Below are positions 34,059 to 46,088 of a stretch of DNA of 64,000 nucleotides, one piece after another. Source of the DNA: Narcine bancroftii (lineage: Eukaryota); the NCBI RefSeq assembly GCF_036971445.1, contig NC_091473.1:206460001-206524000 (forward strand), given 5' to 3'. The position numbers and the translations under genes are program-made. Position 1 is the stretch's first letter. Each line of letters begins with the position of its first letter. The notes beneath the pieces are model-generated. The model did no database searches. It was not told the DNA's origin and was given only the letters and a program-made list of their open reading frames with translations.

Positions 34059-36172
34059 GCAAAAAAGGCACACATTATATTTGTCAATGGCTCCCTATTG
34101 TTTTGCATTAAATGAGGGTTAATGTATAATTTACACTCAAACTACATGCAGAAATTTGGAAAATGGTATTTCGGTTGCTCGGACAATATGCATTGAGGGC
34201 AAAAAGCCTTCGCACGACCAATATGAATCAGTTCGGAAGGATACTAATATAACCAACATGCAAATTAGTCAAACAACGTCCGTTGTAAACAAAACCCTAT
34301 ATATTATAAATAGTATACGTTTGCATAGTGTTGATTTATATCAAAAATGTTTATATTTTGATCCTGTTCCAGCAATTAGCTGCAATAACAGAAGTTCCAG
34401 TGAATACTCTGTTTCTGAGAGCAAAATTATTGTTCAGTTCCAGTGACAAAAATGACTCTTTCGACTGAACGGAGAGCAATATTTGAGCTATGACTTAATT
34501 CGCTCAATACATACGCAACAATGAAGTGCGACATTGACCGACATGCATTCCAATTCTTCGTTTCTACGAATTTAATATCTGATATGAAATTGCAGTAACG
34601 GCGATGGAGGCAATTAGGACAGTTGAATGCTCCGATTTCAGGAGGTGGGAGGTCAGGGACTGCATAGATATTCCAAATAACTACACCTGCAGAAGGTGCA
34701 TCCAGTTGCAACACATAGAAAACAAGGTTATGGAACTGGAGTTGCAGCTGGATGAAGTGCGGATTATAAGGGAGACAGAGGCAGCGATAGATCGGAGTTA
34801 TAGGGAGGCAATCACGTCAAGCAGTCAGGAATCATGGAAATGAGTGACATTAAGAAAACGGAAAGGAGGAGAGAGGCAGTGCAGAATACCTATGTGGCCC
34901 TTCCACTCAATAACAAGTATACTGTTTTGGATACTTCTGGAGAGACGATCTATAGGGGACATCATGGAGGTCGGGTTTCTGGCAAAGGGGCTGGACACTT
35001 GGCTCAGATGGGAAGGGGAAAAAGAGTAAGATCTTATAGTTAGGGACTCACTGGTTAAAGGAGCAGATAGAAGGTTTGCTGGATGAGATTGGAGAGCCCG
35101 ATGTGCATGTTACGTCCTAGGTGCCATGGTCAGGGATATCTCTGATCCGGTCTTCAACATTCTCGAGAGGGAATGCGTGCAGTGCGAAGTCGTGGAACAC
35201 GTCAAGACCAATGTCCTAGTTAGAAGTGAGGATGAGGTCATGAAATGTGATTACATAGAATTAGGGAAGAAGTTAAAAAGAGGACCTCAAGGGTGGCAAT
35301 CTCGGGATAGCTGTCTGTGCTACGCACTGGAGAGGGTAGAAATAGGAAATTGTGAAGGATGAATGCATGCTTCAGCAGCAGGTGCATGCGGCAGGAGTTT
35401 TGATTTCTGGATCATTGGGATCTTTTCTGGAGAAAATCTGACTTGCACAAAAGGGAAGGGCTGGATTTGAACTAGATGGGAACAGTATCCTGGCGGGCAG
35501 GTTTTCTAGAGCTGTTTGGGAGGGGGTTAAACTAGTTTGGCAGGAGGTGGCAATCAGAATGAAATTAGGGAGGAAGAAAACCTAGATTGGAAGGAATGGA
35601 GGGAACAAAACGTAAAAAATAAATGGATGAGGTAAAGGTCGTTGGTATGAAAACGTGTTTTGTGGGAGGACAGTCTATAAAGTGCATATATGTTAATGCA
35701 AAGAGCATTGTAAATAAGAAAGATGAGCTTAAGGCATGCATGGCCTCATGGAAGTACGATATTGTGGCCATCAGTTAAACTTGGTTGCAGGAGGGCATGT
35801 GTGGCAGTTAAATATTCCAGGATTCCGTTGATGTAAGCATGATAGAACGGGGAGGGGAATAAAAGGTGGAAGAGTTGCATTGCCTATTATAGAGAACATT
35901 ACATCAGTGCTGTGGCAGGATGGTTTACTGGAATCGTGCAGCGAGGCTATCTGGGTAGAATTTCGTAATGGAAGAGGCATAAATACATTAATGAGGGGCG
36001 CATTATAGACGACTAAATGGGATAAGGGAATTAAAGGAGCACATTTGTAAGGAGATTGCAAGTATTGGTAACATAAGGTTGTGGTTGCGGGATATTTCAC
36101 CTTTCCAAGCATTAATTGGGACGTCCATGCAGTGCGAGGGCAAGATGGGGTCGAGTACTTTAAGTGTGTTCA

Positions 36173-36890
36173 TGTCTTGGGTAAACTTATACCTCTCATT
36201 TTGTTCCTTTTAGATTGGTTACAGTGTTTGAGCTACCGAAAGAAAATACACACACCGAGAGCAGTTCAGTTTATACAAATGTTTATTACAAATTCAAAAG
36301 CTGATTTCACACTACAATATGCAAGCCCTTTCCAACTATACTTATCAACGCTTGGACTGGTCCTAACTGCCGAAGCAAGGCTGCGACTGCACACTTGTAG
36401 TTGGTTGTCAGGGCGCGGGTTGCAACTTCTCCACCCCCCCTAACCTGGTCGTTGGCTGGACTCCAGAAGTTCTTCTTCTTGCTGAGAGATGTTGCCACCT
36501 CTCGGAGAGTCTCAAACTTCAGCAGCGGGACCATGCCTTATATTACCCAAAAACTGCTTACCCAAGCTCCTATTCCCAGCGCAGCAAGAAAGATAAACAA
36601 GCAAGCTTGCATGCTAGGCTTCTAACGAATAATGTAATTTTTAGCGTATCACTTTGAATACAATGGTTTATTTTGCATCAAGGCGAGGCCTCTAACAGTC
36701 TGTGACCAAAACAAGCAGGAAGTTTAAATGTTCTTGGTACACAGATGTCCTTTCGTCAGTTAACAGCATCTCTTGCCCCTTGGTGGAATATAGCTTATGT
36801 CTGCTGATTCTAAAACACAAGCAGGTTCTCAGCCTTGCAGAACCCAGAGCTGCAAGTTTTTAAAAAAACAGGTTAGAATCTTCCATTACA
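36173..36890 (-). repeat. 3' LTR, class III ERV copy 2
   Basis: Follows PPT (36891-36902); TG..CA termini. Confidence 0.95.
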
Positions 36891-36913
36891 TTCCACCCCT
36901 TTGTCACAGGCTG

Positions 36914-37347
36914 TCAGACACGAGACTTGACAAGCATAAGAGTAGAATAAGAGAGTAAAAGAGAAATTAAAACTACAACAATCACAAAAACAAGCAATAA
37001 TGCGAGCAACCAACGGAGAATATTGTGACCCAACCCCCCGCCCCCACCCCAAATGTACCAGCTAACCATGAAAAAGGATTCCAACCAAAGCTCACATTAT
37101 CCTTGTTGGCCACAATACCCAGACACTGAAGCTCACGAACAGATTTTGAAAAATGCTGAACAATAACATATTTATATAAGCTGCATTTGAGGCGGGTGAC
37201 TGAGGACTTCCTTGTTGTAATGCATCGGACCGTGTCTCCCACGGGAAACTCACTCACAACGTCCTCGTCATTACAAATCCAATTGTTGGCACCAAAGCAG
37301 CTGTTAAGCGTAAAATGGAGGACCTGGAACAATGAAGCCTGACACAT
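36914..37347 (-). pseudogene. Small type I membrane protein ORF at env position (mini-Env), copy 2
   Basis: ATG 1 nt after pol stop; MCQASLFQVL..NNWICNDED..WNPFSWL; frameshift in G-run; TM LRWLLALLLVFVIVVVLISLLL; ends KSRV*. Confidence 0.7.
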
Positions 37348-37348
37348 G

Positions 37349-40267
37349 TCATTCACGATGCCGTAAGCATTCAGTGTTTAAACAGACTAAATCAGCCTTT
37401 CCCACAATAGCTACCCACCGAATGTTACCCTGGGCAGGTGTCACTATTTCCCCTTTTGCAGGAGGGCCACTACCTGGTGGTGCCATTCATACCTGTTGTC
37501 CGGCATTCTCTAGTTCGGGAATGGGGGACAATGATTGTTTTTCCTCTGGAATAGTCTGTAGTTAAGAAATGTGAAGAAGTCGGTGGAAAGGTGAACCTCC
37601 TTTTAAAGGTCGATTATTTAAATTGTCGACTGCTTGCTGAAGCACATGACACCACACCTTCAGGTTTCCCAGTGGTGTTAACAAACGAATTTGTTCCTTC
37701 AGTAAGCCATTCATTCGTTCAACTAACCCAGAAGCCTGCGGGTAATAAGGAATATGGTGAACCCATAAGATACCGTTGTCATTTGCCCAATCACAGATTG
37801 CCTTCCCGGAGAAGTGCAAGCCATTATCAGACTGAATTTCCTCTGGAACATCATAATGAGAAATTAAATGATTTAATCCTTGGAAAGTACTAGCTTGGTC
37901 AGCCGTCTAGGTGAGAAAATCAAAAATCAGGCCCGAAAAGGTGTCAACAATTACTAGGACGTAACGATTACCCATACAGTCTGGCATAGGGCCTATGTAA
38001 TCAATTTGCCAAAGCGCAGCTGGGTGAGCACCCCGTTTTTTTCGGCCATGAGGACCAGGAGGAACGACATAGGACTTCACAAGTTGATATTCTGGGCATG
38101 TACGCACGACCATGCGGACATCATCCTGATGGATGGGTAAAGCATGTGTATGGGCCCACATAGCTGATCTCTTCTCCCCCAAATGACCACTCTGTTTATG
38201 TGCCCATCGAGCCAGGGGGACGGTAACAGCACGGGTGATAGTGGCAAGCTGATCTGCAACTGCATTATGTTGTGCCATGTTAGTCGCCACATTAGTATGG
38301 GCATCAACGTGATACACGATTATCTCACAGTGGTGGGAAGCATCCCGCAACAGCTGCCACAACGGTTTGCCCCACACTGGGCTGTAATGTATCATCCAGT
38401 CATTCTTTTGCCAATCAGGCATCCATACCACAGGTCCATTAGACACAGTCCAGGAATCAGTAAGCAGGCGAAGTGAGTGATCATTGGTGAAGGGGGTAAG
38501 GGAGGGGGCAAGGCAGGTTCTACGTCCTCATGATGAGACGGAAGATCAGCCACCTGTTCGTGTATGCGCCCCACCCCTTCAGGCCCTCTGGTTGCACGAC
38601 TCTGAATATACCACTTCCATTTAACCATAGAAGATTGCTGCGCCCGTCCGATCTTTAGATTAGCATCATTAGCCAGAACCCAATTCATTAGTGGAAGTGC
38701 AGGTCGCAATTGATCATCTGCATCACCTGTCATTTTTTCAGTCTCCAGCAGGGCCAAGTAACCGGCTAGTAACTGTTGTTCAAAAGGAGAATAACAAGTG
38801 GCAGCCTCAGGCATGTTACGTGACCAGAATCCCAGCGGATTCGGCGACCCTCTTGTTTCTGCCAGAGGCTCCAGCAGGCCACATCATCAGTAACGGAGAC
38901 CTGTATGTTCGTAGGGGGTATCTGGGATGAGGGGAGCAACGGGCAGGGGCTGAAGAATAGCCTGCTTGGTGGACTGCAATGCCCTTTCCTGATCGTTACC
39001 CCATACAAAGTCTGTTTTATTTCGGGTAACCTTATACAGAGGACGTAAAAGCAATGCCAAGTGTGGAATATGGCGTCGCCAGAATCCCAATAACCCCAGG
39101 AAACGCTGGGTCTCATTTTTGTTGGTAGGAGTGGCCAAGTCTGCGATTTTATTGAGAACTTCATAGGCAACAACTTTTTCTCCAGCATGCCACTGAATTC
39201 CAAGGAAAATAACTGTCTGGGACGGGCCCTGTACCTTGGCGGGGTTTATGGCCCACCCACTTTGCATTAGGGTATCTTGAACACTCTCCTAACCTTCTTG
39301 TGCCATCTCTTCTGTGGCCCCTTGGATCATCACAGCATCAATATAATGGTGATTCGAGAGGGAAGGCAATACTGGCACCGTCTCCAGATCACGGGCAATT
39401 AGGCTGTGGCAAATAGTGGGAGAGTGTACATAAACCTGAGGGAGACGAGCGAAGGTATACTGGCGCCCCTTCCAGGTAAAGCGAACTGATCCTGAGAGTC
39501 CTCAGCTATAAGAATACTGAAGAAGGCGTTAGCAAGATCAGTCACACCATACCATGTTCCTGAGTTCCCAGTAGCAATGTTTTCGATAAGGGTAACAATG
39601 TCCGTAACTGCTAAACCAAGTGGTGGGGCAGGTTACTTCAAAAAGCGATAATCAACTGTCATTCTCCAGGAGCCGTCCGGCTTCTGGACTGGCCAAACAG
39701 GGCTCTTAAAGGGCGATGTTGCGGGCCTCACTACCCCTTCTTCTTGCAAAGAGTCAATGGTGGCACTAATCTCTTCTCGCCCTCCTGGGAGGCGATATTG
39801 TGGAATGCGCACTGGTTTCATGGGGGGTGGCACCATCACAGGATCCCACTTAGCCTGACCCACTACTATTTTTTTTTTTGTAATAGTCCGAATTCCAAAT
39901 GCAAATCCCCCTTGTGTAGTATTAAGGGCCGTACCGGCCAACATATTAATACCCAGGATACACTCGTCAGTAGTAGCCACCAGGGCATGTAACCAGATAG
40001 GGGAAGGGCTATCACCCACTGTGGCAAGGACGTTTATTTCCTTTGCCAGGGTGACCGCTCCTCCTAACGCCTCTATTCAAAAGGTCAGTCCAGTCCAGAG
40101 GTCGGGGTTACCCAGAATCACCGAGTGCTCCGCACCAGTATCGACCAAGCGAAATATTGGCGGTCATTACCCCCAGCCCAATGGATTGTTAATGGTATGT
40201 AGGGCCGTGGGTCCCCGTGTATCCGCCGTATCTCAATGGTGTAGACACGTGAGCCCTGCCCACAACT
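37349..40267 (-). pseudogene. pol: pro-pol of class III ERV copy 2
   Basis: VDTGAE, SPVWPVQKPDGSWRMTVDYR, YIDA (mutated YIDD), WQIDYIGP, VERMNGLLK. Confidence 0.93.
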
Positions 40268-42028
40268 TCATGCTTTAGTAAGATTCGGGGGCCTCCAGGC
40301 CCACATGCTACTATTATTCAGAAGAGCCTTGTTAACCATTTGTTGTACCTCATCACGGGTAACTGGAGCAGGAGAAGCCGGCTCGATAGAAGCAGCAGGG
40401 GGAGCAGAGGCTACAGCTGGGCGAGGACGACTCAGCAGCTTGGGATGATGTTCCCCTTCTTTTCTCTAATAAAGGGCATAAAGGACTGCAGTAGGTTTCC
40501 CATCAACATCACTTTTAGGTACGCTTAACTTTAACAAGGTTAGAAAAATGTCCTTTCTTGTCTGTCCGTTATTAGCAGCAGCCCCTCTCTTTTCATCCTG
40601 CTTGTCTGATGTAACCTGGGCTGTAGGTGAGTGGAGTTTACCTCCCAACTCTAATTCTCGAAACCCAGATAAGGCCTGTACCGCCTCAGACACAGGGTGC
40701 CCAATTAGCGGACTAGTTATGGACAGAACCAGTCCCCGTGTAGTGGGTTGGGTGGAACGAACCAGTCTGGTATGTATTCTGGCCGTCAATATCTCTTCAT
40801 CATGGCTCCCCCTATGTACCCATAGCCTCAAATGCCCTGCATACAAGGCAGAGGCCAGGGCCTGTTGACGAATTACTGCTACAACCTCCTCCGAGTTTCT
40901 CCAATTGTTCTGCAAATGTAAATCCCAATCTACTGGTGATGGGTACACTCATAGCAGGGCATCTCCTAGAGTAGTAAGTAAGTAATCCATCTCTCTCCCT
41001 CTACCCCGCAGCTCAGCAGTGACCCTGATTTCAATGGATAATGTTCCTAATCCCTACAATTCATCGGGAGTTAAAAATATATTACCCCCTCCTTGTTCCC
41101 AGACATGCATGAGCCAGGCTGCCAGAGTTTCTCCTGCCTTTTGCCTTAATCGATCTCCAATGGCAGCCAGCTCTTTTACAGAGAAGTCACGTATCATTGA
41201 CTGCTTCTGACCCCTGTTCCTTCTTTGGCCCGCAGAGCCCTCCACCCAGTCTATGGGAGGAGGTCGAGGCCATCCCATAGAGGGAGTGGGCCACAGAGCA
41301 TAAGCAAGGATTTGGGAATTTTCCCCTGGGTCCACATCATCCCCCCTTCCGTCTGTTTGGGAAGTCAGCTGCCTTATAGGGCGTGAGTGAACAGCAGGTG
41401 GAGAAAATAATGTGTTAGACACATGCTGAGGAGTATCTGCATTATTACCATTGTCATCATTCCAGATATTCCCATCCCAATCCTCAATTACATCAGGATC
41501 ATCACCATTCCTTATCACGGCACGAATACGATATGGATCGGGTTCTACTCCTTGTCTTTCCTTATCTGCACAGAGCTGCTGCCGGAGTTTAATATTACAG
41601 CAGATTGTTTGGACATGCTTATCTTCCCATTCTTTGGCTCTGTCCTGACTGGTGCGAACAATCTCACTCACCATGGAACAGCATTGTCACATTGCTTCTA
41701 GCTCCTCCTCTAATTGCTTTTTCTTGCGCTGAGATTCTACTTCTCTTTGAACTGATTCTGCTTCACGCTGAACGGAGTGGCGTAAGGATGTGGCCAGCAA
41801 CCAAAAACCATCCGTCAGCGTCCCCTTTTTATCAAGAAATTTACTTTCTCGAATGAGAGTGGCACCCCACTCTCCCAGAGGTGCAATTGATTAATCAAAT
41901 TTTTCATCCCAACTAATGGGTGGTCCCAACAAAAACAGATTCTGTTCTTCCAAAGACCCATCATCTTTGGAAGTCCATTCTGGAATCAAGAACTGCTCAG
42001 GGCTCACCTCTTTCTTTTGGCGAAACAT
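40268..42028 (-). pseudogene. gag: ERV-L-like gag, copy 2
   Basis: ORFs 41891-42085, 41054-41674, 40466-40948 homologous to copy 1 gag. Confidence 0.8.
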
Positions 42029-42038
42029 CGTGAGACCA

Positions 42039-42056
42039 ATCCTGCTCACAGGGCCA
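42039..42056 (-). promoter_or_regulatory. Primer binding site, tRNA-Ser(CGA)
   Basis: TGGCCCTGTGAGCAGGAT, 2 nt after the LTR. Confidence 0.8.
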
Positions 42057-42058
42057 AT

Positions 42059-42777
42059 TGTCTTGGGCAAACTTATACCTCTCATTTTGTTCGTTTTAGA
42101 TTGGTCACAGTGTTGGAGCTACCGAAAGAAAATAGACACACACACCGAGAGCAGTTCAGTTTATACAAATGTTTATTACAAATTCAAAAGCTGATTTCAC
42201 ACTACAATATGCAAGCCCTTCCCAACTATACTTATCAACGCTTGGACTGATCCCAACTGCTGAAGCAAGGCTACAACTGCACACTTGTAGTTGGTTGTCA
42301 GGGCGCCGGTAGCAACTTGTCCACCTCCCCTGACCGGGACGTTGGCTGGACTCCAGAAGTTCTTCTTCTTGCTGAGACATGTTGCCACCTCTCGGAGAGT
42401 CTCAAACTTCAGCAGCGGGACCATGGCTTATATTACCCAAAAACTGCTTACCCAAGCACCTATTACCAGCTCAGCAAGAAAGATAAGCAAGCAAGCTAGC
42501 ATGCTAGGCTTCTAACGAATAACATAATTTTCAGCTTATCACTTTGAATACAATGGTTTATTATGCATCAAGGCGAGGCCTCTGACAATCTGTGACCAAA
42601 ACAAGCAGGAAGATTAAATGTTCTTGGTAAACAGCAGATGTCCTTACGACAGCTAACAGCATCTCTGGCCCCTTGGTGGAATTTAGCTTATGTCTGCTGT
42701 TTCTAAAACACAAGCAGGTTCTCAGCCTTGCAGAACCCAGAGCTGCAAGTTTAAAAAGGTTAGAATCTTCCATTACA
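42059..42777 (-). repeat. 5' LTR, class III ERV copy 2
   Basis: Matches the other three LTRs; TG..CA termini. Confidence 0.95.
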
Positions 42778-45149
42778 GTTCTGGAAAGTTTTCTTAATAA
42801 ATACATAGAAGAACCAACTCGAGACAGGGCAATGTTAAGGAACAAGATAGGTCAGGTGACAGAGTTTTGTGTTGGGGAACACTTTGGGTCTGGTGATTAA
42901 AATACTATTAGTTTTAGGCTAGTAATGTAAAGTGTTGCAAAGGATGGTATACCCATCTATTTGGAATGAAACGGATTCATTCGGAATAGTCAGCATGGTT
43001 TTATACGTGGTAGATCATGTGCAAGAAATTTTAAAGATTTTAGAGGATGTTACTAAAAAGGTTGATGAAGGGAAGGCTGTGCATGTTGTCTATTTCGACG
43101 TTAGTAAGGCTTTTAATGAGGTTCCCCATAAGAGGTTAATAAGGATGTTGGAAGCATAAGTAGTGAAATGGATTCAACAATGTTTGCATGGGAGATGCCA
43201 GAATAGTGGTGGAAAATAATTTGTCGAATTGGAGGCCGGTGACGAGTGGATATCCTTAGGAATCGGTACTGGAACTATTGCTGTTTGTCATAAATATTAA
43301 TGATCCAGATAATAGGGTGGCAAATTGGATTAGTAAATTTGCAGATGATACAAAGTTTGGCGGTGTTGTGGAGAGCGAGGAAGATTATCAAAGTTTACAG
43401 TGTGATGTAGGACAGTAGAAGAGTGGCCTGAAAAATGGCAGATGGAGTTTAATATTAATAAATGTGAGGTGTTACAGGAATAATGAACATAGGATGTACA
43501 CGGTAAATGGTAGACAACTGAGGTGTGCAGTGGAACAAAGGGATTTAGGAGTCATGGTGCATAATTCTCTGAAAGAATCACATGTCCATTGGATGGTGAA
43601 GAAGGCACTTAGTATGTTGGCTTTCATAAATCAGGGTATAGAATACAGGAGTTTGAATGCTATGTGAAATTGTATAAGGCAATGGCGAGGCCAAATCTGG
43701 AATACTGTGTGCAGCGTTGGTCGCTGAATTACAGGAAGGATATAAACAGTATAGAGAGAGTGCAGAGGGCTTTCCGGGGTTTCAGTGTTTGAGTTGTGGG
43801 GAATGGTTGAGCAGGCTTGGACTTTATTCCCTGGAGCATAGAACGTTGAGTGGTGATTTGATAGAGGTATTCAAAATTATAAAGGGGAAAGATAGAATAA
43901 ACGTGGATAGGCTTTTACATTGAGAGAAGTGGAGATTCAAACAAGAGGCCATGGTTTGAGAGTAAACGGCGAACAGTTTAAGGCAAACAAAAGGGTAAAT
44001 TTCTTCATGCAGAGGGTGGTAGGGATATTGAATGAATTTCCGGCAGGTGTGGTAGAAATTAGATAAATTTTAATATTCAAGGGAACGTTGAATATGTATG
44101 TGAACGGGAGAGGAGTGGAGGGGTATGGGGCAAATGCAACACACGGGACTAGGTGGGACAAGATGTTGACCACGGAATAGTAGGACCAAACTCGCCTGTT
44201 TCTGTGCTATAAATGTTTATATCGTTATATTAGTATGATGGCTTGGGATGAACAAAAAGTTGCTGGGATATCGATGCCAATGGGAATAATCATTCATTGT
44301 ACACGCATATAAATTGGTGTCCCTGACAACAGTTTCTTTTTCAATCTATTCATTAAACGTATTATAAGTAAACAATACATTAGGAGAATAGAATACAGAA
44401 TCGAATAGTAAAAACAGAAACATCAATATATTGCAATACGTAACACAACGTATAACACTGTAACGTATTAAACAATATTATCCCTTTCTCAATTTTGAAT
44501 ATTCAACAAAAGGAAGAAAAAAAATATTATATACTGACAATACTGACAATATCACCAGTCATGGAACGTTTGTGTTCAAAGGCAGTGTAAATACCGTTAG
44601 AGTAAATACCGTCATTGCATATGAGCATAGTTATGTGTTGGTTTGAATATCGAATCGTGCTTTATTTTAAATTCGATGTATAATACGATATATCAATTTT
44701 CATTTTTTATGTATCATTCTATTGGCTGATCATGTCAGTGAACAAAAGAATTAAAAAAGATTAACGAAGGAGAAATTGATCAAATCTTTCAAAAATCCGT
44801 TTTCAATAAAAACAATTTCCCTGTTAATATAAACAGTTTATTAGTTTTCTTACTATATTTTATCAAAATTTCTAACCAAAGCTCCTTTTCATAAATAATC
44901 ATATGAATCCTTTAACGATATAAATTCGCATGTGCAGGAAAATGACGAACTCTGTAATGCTCAGGCCACACACTTGACTGGTCTGTAAATTCTGCTCCTG
45001 TCTTCCTCACAAGGACTACCATAATCATCGATGGTGGTCGAATAAAGATTGCAGAGTTTTGATATGACACCGGAGACATAGGAAAATGTCCACAGAGGTG
45101 TAACGTAAACGGTTCTGACTGCACACGTTGTGATATCCCTGAACGTAAT

Positions 45150-45625
45150 TCTCTCCAAAAGCTAGTGTACAGAGTCCAGGATATCACAGACAAAATTCTC
45201 CGCACTATTGAGTACATCTTCAGGGAATACTGACACCGGAGAGCAGCATCTATTCTCAGAGATCAACACCACCCATCACATGCTCTTTCCTTGATGATGC
45301 CAAAAGGAAAGAGATATAGGTACACCAATACACGCAACTCCAAGTTCAGCACAGCTGCTACCCCGTCACCATAAGACTCAGTAACGACAATCTCAATCAG
45401 AGAATCGATGAAAAACACTTAACTGTGCATTTTATTGATTTTCATTTTGATCTCTCTGTATCGCACAGTAAGGTTGTTTACATTCTTTGTTTGTTGACAT
45501 GGTTATCCTGTGTACAGTTGTTTTACACTACCTATTAGAAGCAATTCTGCTGCTCTCGTAGGAAAGAAATATCTCAGGGTTTTATAAGTACTCTGACAAA
45601 GAATCTGAAATCTGATATCTGAAAT
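45150..45625 (+). mobile_element. Rex1/Babar-like LINE 3' fragment
   Basis: LQKLVYRVQDIT..RDQHHPSHALSLMMPKGKRYR remnant and short TCTGAAA-repeat tail. Confidence 0.55.
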
Positions 45626-45889
45626 CTTGAATCCGAAGTAGAATCCAAATGGTTCTCTAATGAAAGCGTTGGCAATATTCCAGTATAAACGGTCGACTCA
45701 AGTTTGACAGGGTCTTTATGAGCACACAGCTGATTTATTGGACCTAGGGTTACTCAAATAGCGAAGCCCTACAATCCGAGAATTAGAACAAAGGAATTCC
45801 AAAATATGGATGTCACAAGTCACAGAAAGACACTTTTAATTTGCTTAAATCAAGCATATTGTTGTTAATATTGTGGTATTATAGCCACA

Positions 45890-46088
45890 NNNNNNNNNNN
45901 NNNNNNNNNNNNNNNNNNNNNNNNNNNNNNNNNNNNNNNNNNNNNNNNNNNNNNNNNNNNNNNNNNNNNNNNNNNNNNNNNNNNNNNNNNNNNNNNNNNN
46001 NNNNNNNNNNNNNNNNNNNNNNNNNNNNNNNNNNNNNNNNNNNNNNNNNNNNNNNNNNNNNNNNNNNNNNNNNNNNNNNNNNNNNNNN
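45890..46088. other. Assembly gap
   Basis: N run. Confidence 1.

Larger units (their letters stand above)
36173..42777 (-). mobile_element. Class III (ERV-L/ERV-S-like) provirus, copy 2, complete LTR to LTR
   Basis: Reverse-complement homolog of copy 1; TSD GTTCA/GTTCT; internal deletions in gag and RNaseH. Confidence 0.93.
34604..44215 (+). mobile_element. CR1-type LINE (ORF1 zinc finger/esterase, endonuclease, RT, 3' tail) split by provirus 36173-42777
   Basis: CSDFRRWE..YTCRRC, DSLVKGADRRF, YVNAKSI, FKCV|ESFLNKYIEEPTR joined across insertion, DVSKAF, SKFADD, RGHGLRV. Confidence 0.88.
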
